Below are positions 10,201 to 18,611 of a stretch of DNA of 64,000 bases, piece after piece; the first letter of the stretch is position 1; every line of letters starts with the position of its first letter. A program made the translations under genes and the position numbers. The notes beneath the pieces are model-generated. The model had not been told where the DNA came from and did not search any database. It was given only the letters and a program-made list of their open reading frames with translations. Source of the DNA: Sedimentisphaeraceae bacterium JB056. GTDB taxonomy: Bacteria > Planctomycetota > Phycisphaerae > Sedimentisphaerales > Sedimentisphaeraceae. The stretch spans positions 23,618 to 87,617 of the forward strand of contig JBITAJ010000016.1 of NCBI GenBank assembly GCA_044440125.1, in the 5' to 3' direction.

Positions 10201-12000
10201 CATTTGTATCAGTTGCAATAATCTTGTATATTCAATTTGCAGTCTGTAGCGAAGTGTTTTGATTGAGTCTTCTTCATAAAGACTGAGGATTTTTTCAGCT
10301 TTATCAAATAAATTTGCTTGTATATAGGCATTAAGGAGTAATTCTGTACTCCAACCGCTTGGCTCCATAACCTCTTCGTATCGCTGTACAAGCGATATTG
10401 CAGTATCTGGAGAACGGAGTTTAAGCAAGAGTTCTGCAAATTCAAGTATGGCTTCCGGTTCGCCGAGTGTTACTATGCCATTCTTTATGGCGGTTCCAAG
10501 ATATTTCTGGCGAGCTCCTATATATTGCCCGTTTGCAATTATGCTTGAGAGGTCGTAAGCTAACTGAGGATCTACTTTTCCAACTGCGTCATATTGATTA
10601 TAAGATTTAACAAGATCTCGAATTGCATCTGTATTATCGCCTTTAGCAAGTTTAACCATTGCATTCCATCGTGTTATGACTGGGTTGTCCAATCCCAATA
10701 TCTGCTTTATATCATGTATATGTGATTCAGCTGAATCAATGAATTCCTTCCTATCTTCAATTTCTAATGCAAGAGCCTTATCAATATAGTATTGCACAAT
10801 AAAACTGTTTAAGATAAGCTGATTGTTTTTGTTGCGGACCTCATTGGGACCGGTAGTTTCCTGAGCTTCGGGAAGGTCAAGACCGGCCAAAGCTAATTCA
10901 AGGGCTCGATCAATCAGCTCAGGTTTGTCCTGCAGTTTTGCATTTATATAAGCTATCCGTGAAGCCCTGATAACATATTCCATTTTTTCCGGTACTTTCT
11001 GGACAGCTCGTTCGATTGCTTCAAGAGCCTTCGGGGTATCTTGGGGTGTTGATACATAAAACCCGGCCATTTCATAATCGATTTCTGGATTATCTGGGAA
11101 TCTGTCTTTTACTGCTTTTTGCTGATCTTCGAGTTTTGCTCTTGCTTCTGCACCACTTTTAGCATCCTGGCTTTGAAGAATGCGCAGCTTAAGCATGTTT
11201 AAGTAGGCATCGGGATTATCCGGATTTCTGTCAATAGACTCCTGAATAACTATTTCAGCACGCCTTATTCCTTCATCCCAACCATTAAGTATTCCGGCAT
11301 TTTCATTAATTTCACCTTGTATAATCTGTGCATGCGCTAAATACCAAAGACCGTCGAAATTATCTGGAGATCGCCTTAGAAGCCTGATCAGATAATCTTC
11401 TGCTTCTTTAACTTCCTGTTCAATATTTGCTGTTTGTCCCATTATAGCAATTTCTAATGATGCGCGTCCTCTTGCCATCAGCACGAAAAGATCAGGTTCA
11501 GTATTTGCTTCATCGCTTAGATCTATTATTTCTTGTGAAACTTTTTTCACCGTTTCCCAGCTATTAGCTTGTCCAGTATCACCAGTCTGATAGGCAAACT
11601 CTAATATACGCATCCTCGCATCAATGTTTTTGGGATCAGTGACTGTTATCTGGTTGAAGAAACCTAATGCTTTACGCCAATCAGGTTCTTTCGGTGCTCT
11701 GTCAAGCTCAGGGTCGCCTGGATCGGCAATTAATGCTACCTCAGCCATATTGAAAAGTATGTTTACTTTCTCTATAGGTCCGGAGAAGTTATAAGCATTT
11801 GAGTAAGCCGTTAAAGCTTCTTGGTATTCCTTGTTTTTAAGAGCTATCTCTGCTTCCTGCAAAAAGACTTGCGGGTCACGGCCTCGTTTACGCAATACTA
11901 AGATAATGGTGCCGGCAATTATCATAAGGACAACCAACCCAATTATTGCAACCTTCAGGTTTAGTTTTCTTTTACCGGTTTTTTTTCTTGTTTTAGCCAT
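7252..12000 (-). CDS. Very large membrane-anchored TPR protein
   Basis: Basic N-terminus, one TM helix, many TPRs including LNNLAYLL and ILDTYG; likely ATG at 12000. Confidence 0.85.
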   Translation of the reverse strand: MAKTRKKTGKRKLNLKVAIIGLVVLMIIAGTIILVLRKRGRDPQVFLQEAEIALKNKEYQEALTAYSNAYNFSGPIEKVNILFNMAEVALIADPGDPELDRAPKEPDWRKALGFFNQITVTDPKNIDARMRILEFAYQTGDTGQANSWETVKKVSQEIIDLSDEANTEPDLFVLMARGRASLEIAIMGQTANIEQEVKEAEDYLIRLLRRSPDNFDGLWYLAHAQIIQGEINENAGILNGWDEGIRRAEIVIQESIDRNPDNPDAYLNMLKLRILQSQDAKSGAEARAKLEDQQKAVKDRFPDNPEIDYEMAGFYVSTPQDTPKALEAIERAVQKVPEKMEYVIRASRIAYINAKLQDKPELIDRALELALAGLDLPEAQETTGPNEVRNKNNQLILNSFIVQYYIDKALALEIEDRKEFIDSAESHIHDIKQILGLDNPVITRWNAMVKLAKGDNTDAIRDLVKSYNQYDAVGKVDPQLAYDLSSIIANGQYIGARQKYLGTAIKNGIVTLGEPEAILEFAELLLKLRSPDTAISLVQRYEEVMEPSGWSTELLLNAYIQANLFDKAEKILSLYEEDSIKTLRYRLQIEYTRLLQLIQMKSRQELLMEPFAQNRINTLADQIQEIRVNRYDNAKLMLAKDPDSLDFGVISGICIDLVDEDLKPKAIDLNEKYLSTHKDSFAAKVLRKKLAFPNPTQIGDDELIEIQIEVAETIENEQERLKTIAQIYNNSGKFSEALDYYQKALNNEPENKELIASVYDSAISTQNYEIAEKLRPQIEKYNIDECGGAFFTGRLAMAREQYDKAIDRFTECTEIRPLFPISYLNLSIIYNTKGDEVRAIENAQKAVELNPLNAQITLNNAMVLYNRNRKLGEHVTSQQKDETGNAILRAIKMNPSNTNLQSIYAEYIADTDPGNALAVRQSIFKTRPTKENALLLARMALKNATDPWDSPKKQAMYRIADDAYKNAMAISPGDPEVLDAYADFFRISGQGEKITELIGNNKEILWKSYYRRSKFAQAKEILDELYNEDPKSIDILKGLIGTSLKLFRNQDVDRYTKELINIENNFENRLLRVQALVEVGETTKAEEEISQMSDQDRNDIKIMMLNSTIALRKGLFEEAISQINKALEIDKKNAIAWRIKGRANYLQANYEQALQDFLKSKTYQENNIIRIELAKTYDRMARYEPAIAELKLTLEEEGTPQVALMLLEEIYSRSMKYAQLREYYDSMSKRYEEDSYWLRRRADLEYKLGDLDLASEYYLKAWDRSQANPSSIDIKSLRGYFDVLIEQAKYTDLLSYAVKYVDNDFGPVVYTAMAEAKAKMGDIENSLNYFGKAMSKAKFSFQMIDQAVKRMIAVLDRNTIIDWINSNVQQDPQSINRNMVAFNFNLQSQNYNKAVKYLDNAIAVAEQNSQLRRALIITKANTLQMAYNKVPDKDYLTRSVTIYEELLSQTPGDVSLLNNLAYLLASSEIDLQKAEEIAARAYMLAPENGLILDTYGLALIKNRKYEKAEQLLSRAIQTLELSSTSAPYVIYEHLGLALERLNKPQEAKAAYERALEIGENELSISQKEEMKERISRLARRIF

Positions 12001-12014
12001 AAAACTTCCTTTTC

Positions 12015-12761
12015 TCAATTATTTACAATGTCGGGCCAGTGGTCTTCTTCGAGAATGGGTAATACCGTTTCAAGTAGGTCTTTGCTTGCATTTGCGACCT
12101 TTTCCTGATCGGGCAGATTATATTTTCCATGAAAACGCCATTCAAATTTAGAAAAGTAGGAATATTTTCCAAATAGATTGCTTGCCATAATATTCCTTGC
12201 AGCCGTTCTGTTTCCGGCATATTTCCCGTTTACTTTAAGTAGATAGCATACAGAGAACTCTGTTCCAGTTCCCCATATATCCTCTGCTTTTGAAGTAAAG
12301 ACCAATTGGCGATAATTGATATCGTTTTTAATGTTTTTATATTCGACTTCAATAGAATTGTCAAGCATTGCTTTAACGCGATTGCCTGCACCAAAATAAC
12401 ACTCTTCTGGGACATGTGGTATTCTATCATTAATGCCGGTGTAATATGTTATAAAAAGAGAGCAGTATTTTGTGCTATCTTTGTCTTCTAATGAAGTATT
12501 CTCCAGTTCCCATATAATATAATCTGTAGTACCTAATTCTTCGACAATGTCGTTGTTTTCTATCTTGGTCTTTTTTATAACTTTATATTTACCGAGTCTA
12601 TTTTCGTCAAGAGAATCAAGAGGATTCTTGAGGTTTATAGGTTCTTTGCGAAGATATATCTGTAACTTGTTAATTATAGCTTTTTTCCCTATTGCTGATG
12701 TTGCTAATATAACAACGCAGATTATAAATGCTGCTTTTTTTGAGAGGCCTATCTTATTCAC
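12015..12761 (-). CDS. Exosortase-associated EpsI-like protein
   Basis: Directly follows exosortase; N-terminal TM; LFITYY...HVPEECYFGAG matches the EpsI H.PE.CY..G pattern. Confidence 0.75.
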   Translation of the reverse strand: MNKIGLSKKAAFIICVVILATSAIGKKAIINKLQIYLRKEPINLKNPLDSLDENRLGKYKVIKKTKIENNDIVEELGTTDYIIWELENTSLEDKDSTKYCSLFITYYTGINDRIPHVPEECYFGAGNRVKAMLDNSIEVEYKNIKNDINYRQLVFTSKAEDIWGTGTEFSVCYLLKVNGKYAGNRTAARNIMASNLFGKYSYFSKFEWRFHGKYNLPDQEKVANASKDLLETVLPILEEDHWPDIVNN

Positions 12762-13737
12762 TTGTAGTCCTCCGTCTTTTTACTACCTTTTTCTCTGGTT
12801 TCGGTTCCTCTTCTTTTTCATTTGCAGGGCTGACAAAAAGCTGTTCCATAAACCATGCTAAGCCCCAATAAAGAGCGAAAGCAAGCGGTAGCATCAGTAG
12901 GCCTAAAGTATCGTGATAAATACCTTTGGCGTATTCTGCACCTATGAAAATATGTATAAATGCCGTAATAGTAACTCTTACAATATTACATATTACTGCT
13001 ATAGGGACTGTACTCAAGACCAAAATTATTTTTTGCCAGAAAGGTCTTTCGTGTAAATATGCCATCGCTACGCCAAGAGCTAGAAAGGCCATTAAGAGTC
13101 TCATGCCGCTGCAAGCTTCTGCAACATCCAAAGCGCTATCAAGAGCCTCACCTTTATAAATCACATCTATGATGACTCCTCGGGCGGTGGCCTGAAGATC
13201 CGGAACAAGATTCAAGAACGCTGTTGCAAATTGTGAGGCTATATGGCGTAGTGGTATAGTCAGCTCACGATATAACCTTGTTGGAACAGGAATCGCAAAA
13301 AAAAGATAAGCGACCGGAAGCCAAAGGTGTATTATGAGCCTCCATCCGCACATAAAAAGGATTACGGAACCAAGTGTTGCTATCATAAGCAAAGGTTCGC
13401 CGTATGCGTATCGCAACTGCACTATATTGAAAATATAGAATATAACCAAAAAAATCATAGCCATAAGGCCAATAACAGATGGTCGCGTTTCTATTGATAG
13501 AATATTATCTTTACGCCGGTATATCAGATAAAGGCTGAATACGGGTATAAGAAAACCGTGCGACCAGCTATCATCATGTGCCCATGTGCCAACAGTATCT
13601 ACAATATTATTCCAGAAAAGGGCGCAAAATAAGACTGTTATTGTTGCGATTTTTATCCAACTTGAAGTGTCAAGATCAGACCATCGCTTCGGGGGAATCG
13701 TTTTTATGCCGGTATCATTATGCATGGTTCTGATCAA
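12754..13737 (-). CDS. Exosortase (EpsH family)
   Basis: Multi-TM; WSHGFLIP, VAEACSGMR (Cys), NIVRV (Arg), IYHD (His). Confidence 0.95.
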   Translation of the reverse strand: MIRTMHNDTGIKTIPPKRWSDLDTSSWIKIATITVLFCALFWNNIVDTVGTWAHDDSWSHGFLIPVFSLYLIYRRKDNILSIETRPSVIGLMAMIFLVIFYIFNIVQLRYAYGEPLLMIATLGSVILFMCGWRLIIHLWLPVAYLFFAIPVPTRLYRELTIPLRHIASQFATAFLNLVPDLQATARGVIIDVIYKGEALDSALDVAEACSGMRLLMAFLALGVAMAYLHERPFWQKIILVLSTVPIAVICNIVRVTITAFIHIFIGAEYAKGIYHDTLGLLMLPLAFALYWGLAWFMEQLFVSPANEKEEEPKPEKKVVKRRRTTSE

Positions 13738-15296
13738 AACAGGTTAAATGGTCTTGAAGTATAGAAATCTCGGTCTGCAAAGTTTCGTGAGTAAGTTAAG
13801 CTAAAACCGTAGTTTGCACCAAAAGCATTACGCAGTATGAGAAGCCATCTTGCTGCGCTGTCTGTACCTACATTAATAGTGTCATTTTCTTTAATGAAGA
13901 AGTCTGGTTGAAGTCCTGAAGCAATCTTTTTGAGATTAACCTTAACTATTTCTTCGTGTTTTGCACCAATTCGTCTTCTTACTTCTACGTTTTCGGGTGA
14001 TGCGAGCTCGCCAAGGCCGCCGGCTGCGGCTATTGCTTGCATCAGAGTCATTGGGCGTCCTGTTAATGTGTAATAACCAGGGCCGTTGACGTTACCAAGA
14101 ATAGCAAATTCGCCGATACTGTCGCTCGGTATTGTTATCGTGTCGCCGGGTTTTATTATTATATTGAACCTTGGGTCTCCATTCATAAACGGCTCGCGTG
14201 GAATCTTTATAACACGTACCATGTAACGGAGAGGATTACGTTCCGCCATGTTGTAATTATCAGGAAGTACATCCTCAAGGCCGCTGAGATCTGGCTCGGT
14301 GGATTCTGTTTCAGGTACTAATGGATTTTGTACGGTAATTCCATCTTCGCCACCTGGTTGATCATCCAATGGGTTTCCTTCAGAGTCTACTTTGACAGGT
14401 ACCCATCGGCCGCCTTCAAATATCCATTCTACTCTTGTTTCTTCTTCACTGCCCGCTTCGCCGATATCAGCTAAAGATAAAAGAGGGCGGTTAAGGGAGT
14501 TTTCACCCATGTCAGTCGGTGCAATCAGCTCAAGCAATTCTTCTTCTGCTTTTTTTGCATCGAATTCATCCTCTTGTTCTCTTGATTGGGATACTTCTCC
14601 CTGTGCCTGACCTGACTCGAGTTCTATGTAAACTTGTGATTCTCCGGTCCCAAGCCTTTCCATTATTTCTTTTTCAGTAAGCTGTCTTGTTACATATATA
14701 TAGCTTACGTTGTACTCAGATATGCCGCCGGCAGTAGCGATTGCCTGGTTAAGTCTGAAGTTATACCTTGGTACTATGAATCTTCCGCCTCCGCTGTCTG
14801 AAAGAAGGCCAGTGCCCAGTACAGAATATGCACGGTATTCGGATGCCTGTAGAGTTACTGTGACTGCAGGTGTCTTAAGTATGTCAGGGGCCAATATTTG
14901 CCTGATCTCTTCCTCAAGCTGCTGTTCTGTAAGTCCTTTAGCTGCTATTGTACCAACTTCAGGTATCGATATCTTACCAGTTTCGGTAATGATAAAATCG
15001 TTTATATATGGTTGATTTTCTTCAAGAAGCTCATAGATAACTATCCGAACAACATCGCCGGAGTTAAGCTTATAATCTTGAGGTTCTGCGACTACATCCT
15101 CCGCAAGTGGCGGTTCAGCCTCTATATACTCAGGCGGTGTTTCTTCTGCCAGCCCCAATGAGTCAAGTATTACATGCTGAACTGGTACTGAACGAAAACG
15201 CCCCACCTGCTTAGGATCCCAAAATTCAGTTGTACATCCTGTAGCGAATAACCACCCAACTACTGCAATGCAGTACAGCAATTTCCTTAATGCCAT
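13734..15296 (-). CDS. Polysaccharide export lipoprotein (Wza/SLBB family)
   Basis: Lipobox ATGC; DYKLNSGDVV, GKISIPEVG.I.AKGLT, SLBB repeats AIATAGG and AIAAAGG. Confidence 0.9.
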   Translation of the reverse strand: MALRKLLYCIAVVGWLFATGCTTEFWDPKQVGRFRSVPVQHVILDSLGLAEETPPEYIEAEPPLAEDVVAEPQDYKLNSGDVVRIVIYELLEENQPYINDFIITETGKISIPEVGTIAAKGLTEQQLEEEIRQILAPDILKTPAVTVTLQASEYRAYSVLGTGLLSDSGGGRFIVPRYNFRLNQAIATAGGISEYNVSYIYVTRQLTEKEIMERLGTGESQVYIELESGQAQGEVSQSREQEDEFDAKKAEEELLELIAPTDMGENSLNRPLLSLADIGEAGSEEETRVEWIFEGGRWVPVKVDSEGNPLDDQPGGEDGITVQNPLVPETESTEPDLSGLEDVLPDNYNMAERNPLRYMVRVIKIPREPFMNGDPRFNIIIKPGDTITIPSDSIGEFAILGNVNGPGYYTLTGRPMTLMQAIAAAGGLGELASPENVEVRRRIGAKHEEIVKVNLKKIASGLQPDFFIKENDTINVGTDSAARWLLILRNAFGANYGFSLTYSRNFADRDFYTSRPFNLF

Positions 15297-15666
15297 ATTA
15301 CTCTCTTAAATTAATTATTTTATTATAACAATTATTGTAAAAACACGTTTAACAGGATCTCTACTACACAATCAGGCAATTAATTAAAATTTGACCGAAT
15401 ACAGCCCATTTTTAACTCAAATTTAAGCCTCAATCAGCTTTATTAGTTTTATATAAACTATTAACAGTAAAAGTAGTTCCTTAATTTTACAAAAAATTTA
15501 ATGACGTAATAATCACGTCTTAAGAATTTTACAAAAACTGAGGATTTTGTCAAACTTAAAGTATGCTTTGAGCGATTGTATAGGATTTTTTAGAAATATC
15601 GTAATATATACAGTTTTCAGAGTGTTTTTGGTCGAATATTTATTTTAATTAGGTTGATTTATTAGA

Positions 15667-16542
15667 TTAGGTAAAGATGATACCTGCATAACCTACCGAG
15701 TTTGAGCTTTCGCTGTTATATTTTGCTTTCATTATATCTCGGCTATGTGTATGTCTTAAGGTTACTGCTTTTTCTGCTCCAAGAAATTTGCAGGTAGATA
15801 TTGTTGCTCCGATTGCTCCCGGTCCGCAGGCGCTTTTGTTGGAATTAGCCTCTTTGACAGCATTTTTACTGTCAAGTTTTTCGATGTAAGTTATTAAATG
15901 TTTATCATTTACGTTCTTTGCCCACAAAAACCCTTTTTCTCCATCTCCTTTGGGGGTAAATCTATAGTCATCGCCATAATGCGTCAGGTCTGTAGAACCT
16001 ATAACGGCTATTTTTTTGTCTTTATTTTTCTTGATTACTGAGCCTATAACAGATGACAGTTCTTCAAAATTCCCTGGTGGAACTATTATCGGAACTATCT
16101 GGGAATCAGGAAACCTATATTTCAATATAGGGATGTTGACTTCGATGCTGTGCTCTGCTTCATGTATGAAGTTATCTACCTGCAAGCCTTGAGCAGCATC
16201 AGATATTTGCATGGAAATGTCCTGATCAATCTTGCAATATCCGATAGGCGTCTGCCATCGATTGCCATCGTAGATTATAGGGGATCTCGCGAGTCCACAA
16301 TGGCAGGCTCCAAATATTATAAAAGTATCTATTTCTCCTGTTGAACTAAAGATAGCCTCAAATACTTCAGCTGACACCTTACCACTGAATACCCAGCCGG
16401 CGTGCGGTACTATTGCTCCAAAAATTCCCGTTTCTATTTTATGATTATTGACTGAATGAAACATTTTTTCAAGCTCGGAAAGGCACATTTCCCTGCTTGA
16501 CGGATAAAACCTGTCGGCGCATATCATTTTTCTTTCTTTCAT
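15667..16542 (-). CDS. amrB: AmmeMemoRadiSam system protein B (Memo family)
   Basis: IVPHAGWVFSG, EHSIEV, GSTDLTHYG, ACGPGA, VGYAGI. Confidence 0.9.
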   Translation of the reverse strand: MKERKMICADRFYPSSREMCLSELEKMFHSVNNHKIETGIFGAIVPHAGWVFSGKVSAEVFEAIFSSTGEIDTFIIFGACHCGLARSPIIYDGNRWQTPIGYCKIDQDISMQISDAAQGLQVDNFIHEAEHSIEVNIPILKYRFPDSQIVPIIVPPGNFEELSSVIGSVIKKNKDKKIAVIGSTDLTHYGDDYRFTPKGDGEKGFLWAKNVNDKHLITYIEKLDSKNAVKEANSNKSACGPGAIGATISTCKFLGAEKAVTLRHTHSRDIMKAKYNSESSNSVGYAGIIFT

Positions 16543-16705
16543 AGCATCCTCCTGCTTGAATTATAAATGAAATTGACTAATATATTATACTGAGATATTT
16601 TGTGTTTTCCAGCAAATAGCTTTTACATAAGCAAATTTATGTTGGTACAAAACACAATATAATTATTATTGTATGAAAAGTATTTTTATAGAAAGACATT
16701 AAAAA

Positions 16706-17206
16706 ATGAAAAAAACATCTGTAGCAGTAGTTATGGGGTCAGATAGTGATCTGCCTGTAATGCAAAAGTGCATAGATCAGCTAAAAGATTTTGGGATTGA
16801 TCCAGTTGTCAGAGTCATATCAGCTCACCGTACACCTGATGTTGCGGCAAAGTTCTCAGATGATGCAAAAGTTAACGGCATAAAGGTAATTATTGCCGCA
16901 GCAGGAATGGCGGCTCATCTTGCCGGTTCTATAGCCGGTCGTACTTCTTTACCCGTTATTGGTGTTCCAATGCAGGCATCCGAAGGTCCGTGCGGTTTGG
17001 ATGCACTTCTAAGCACAGTACAAATGCCTCCCGGAGTTCCTGTTGCAAGTATGGCCATAGGTAAGGCTGGAGCTAAGAATGCGGCAGTATTCGCTGCTCA
17101 GATACTTGCTATATCGGATAAAGATATTGATAAAAAACTTATCGAATTCCGTGATGCTCAGACAAAGGCCGTAATCGCTAAAGACCAGGCATTAAACTCT
17201 AATTAG
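16706..17206 (+). CDS. purE: N5-CAIR mutase
   Basis: MGSDSD, SAHRTP, AGMAAHL, STVQMPPGVPVA. Confidence 0.97.
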   Translation: MKKTSVAVVMGSDSDLPVMQKCIDQLKDFGIDPVVRVISAHRTPDVAAKFSDDAKVNGIKVIIAAAGMAAHLAGSIAGRTSLPVIGVPMQASEGPCGLDALLSTVQMPPGVPVASMAIGKAGAKNAAVFAAQILAISDKDIDKKLIEFRDAQTKAVIAKDQALNSN

Positions 17207-18537
17207 TGGATTTGGTGATGAATAAATTTGATTTTAGTGTCCCAAGACTTGGACCTTGCAAAATTCCGAATCCGCTTAGTTTCTCTACTGAGGATGGTGA
17301 TAAAATAGCTAATTACGCCAATGATGATATGGGTGTAATATATAGTGTTCGTGTTAAGCGAAAAGACCTTGAAGAGAAAGTTACGACTGAATCTATTGCC
17401 GAAAAAGCTGGGCCGCGTCAAAATATATATTTTGATCCGACCAAAGTCCATGCAGCTATAGTAACCTGCGGTGGTCTGTGTCCAGGCTTAAATGCTGTTA
17501 TTCGCTCGATCGTCCTGACATTGACTTATAGTTATGGCGCAAAAAGAATAACAGGCATTAAATATGGTTACAGAGGTTTTTTGCCTGAGTTTGGTTTGCC
17601 GACAATCCAGTTAACACCTGAGGTTGTTGCTGATATACATACTACAGGCGGCTCTATATTAGGCTCTTCCAGAGGTCATGGCGATAAAGTAGAAGATATT
17701 GTTGATGCCATTGAACGCATGAATATTAATATGCTGTTTGTCATTGGTGGTGATGGTACCCAAAAGGGAACACTTGATATTTCGCGGGAAGCTCGTCGCC
17801 GTAACTTGAAATTGGCAGTGGTTGGCGTACCTAAAACTATAGACAACGATTTGAGTTTCGTTCAACGTTCATTTGGTTTTGAGACAGCTGTTTCCAAGGC
17901 GATTGATGCTGTTAAAGGGGCTCATATCGAAGCTGCTGGTTTTCCAATGGGAATTGGCATGGTAAAGGTAATGGGACGAGAGTCGGGCTTTATTGCAGCC
18001 CATACGGCGCTTGCATCTATGGATGTTAACTATGTTCTTGTTCCTGAGGTGCCTTTTGAGCTTGAAGGACCCAAAGGCCTGCTTGCTGAACTCGAGGCCA
18101 GGCTTGCACGAAAAGACCATGTAGTTATTCTTGTGTCAGAGGGAGCCGGGCAGAGCTTGCTCTCGGCGAGTAACGAAAAGGACTTGTCCGGTAATAGAAA
18201 ACTTAATGATATAGGCCAGTTTCTTCGTGATCGTATTGTAAAATACTTTGCATCGAAGTCAAAAGTGGTCAATATGCGGTATATCGATCCGGGCTATATA
18301 ATAAGAAGTGCGCCGCCTAACCCGAATGATTCAATTTACTGCGCAAGGCTTGGATCGAATGCCGTTCACGGTGCGATGGCCGGCCGTACTGAATTTCTGA
18401 TAAGTCTTATGCATGAATATTTCGTGCATGTTCCGATAGAGCTTGCTACATCAAGACGTAATGTCATTGATACCGATGGTTCGTTATGGCGTGATGTTCT
18501 TAATTGCACAGGCCAACCATCTTTGATGGTTAACTAA
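17206..18537 (+). CDS. pfkA: ATP-dependent 6-phosphofructokinase
   Basis: TCGGLCPG, GSSRG, GGDGTQKG (Gly = ATP-type), PKTIDND, MGRESG; start GTG 17206 or ATG 17218. Confidence 0.92.
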   Translation: MDLVMNKFDFSVPRLGPCKIPNPLSFSTEDGDKIANYANDDMGVIYSVRVKRKDLEEKVTTESIAEKAGPRQNIYFDPTKVHAAIVTCGGLCPGLNAVIRSIVLTLTYSYGAKRITGIKYGYRGFLPEFGLPTIQLTPEVVADIHTTGGSILGSSRGHGDKVEDIVDAIERMNINMLFVIGGDGTQKGTLDISREARRRNLKLAVVGVPKTIDNDLSFVQRSFGFETAVSKAIDAVKGAHIEAAGFPMGIGMVKVMGRESGFIAAHTALASMDVNYVLVPEVPFELEGPKGLLAELEARLARKDHVVILVSEGAGQSLLSASNEKDLSGNRKLNDIGQFLRDRIVKYFASKSKVVNMRYIDPGYIIRSAPPNPNDSIYCARLGSNAVHGAMAGRTEFLISLMHEYFVHVPIELATSRRNVIDTDGSLWRDVLNCTGQPSLMVN

Positions 18538-18552
18538 AACAGTAAACAGTGA

Positions 18553-18591
18553 ATATTTGTTCCGGCATTCGTTTTATGCCGGAACAAATAT
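18553..18591. terminator. Perfect 16-bp hairpin after pfkA (terminator or mRNA-stabilising stem)
   Basis: ATATTTGTTCCGGCAT-7 nt-ATGCCGGAACAAATAT; no clear U-tract on + strand. Confidence 0.6.
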
Positions 18592-18611
18592 CTTAAAGGG
18601 ATGTAGTCTTT

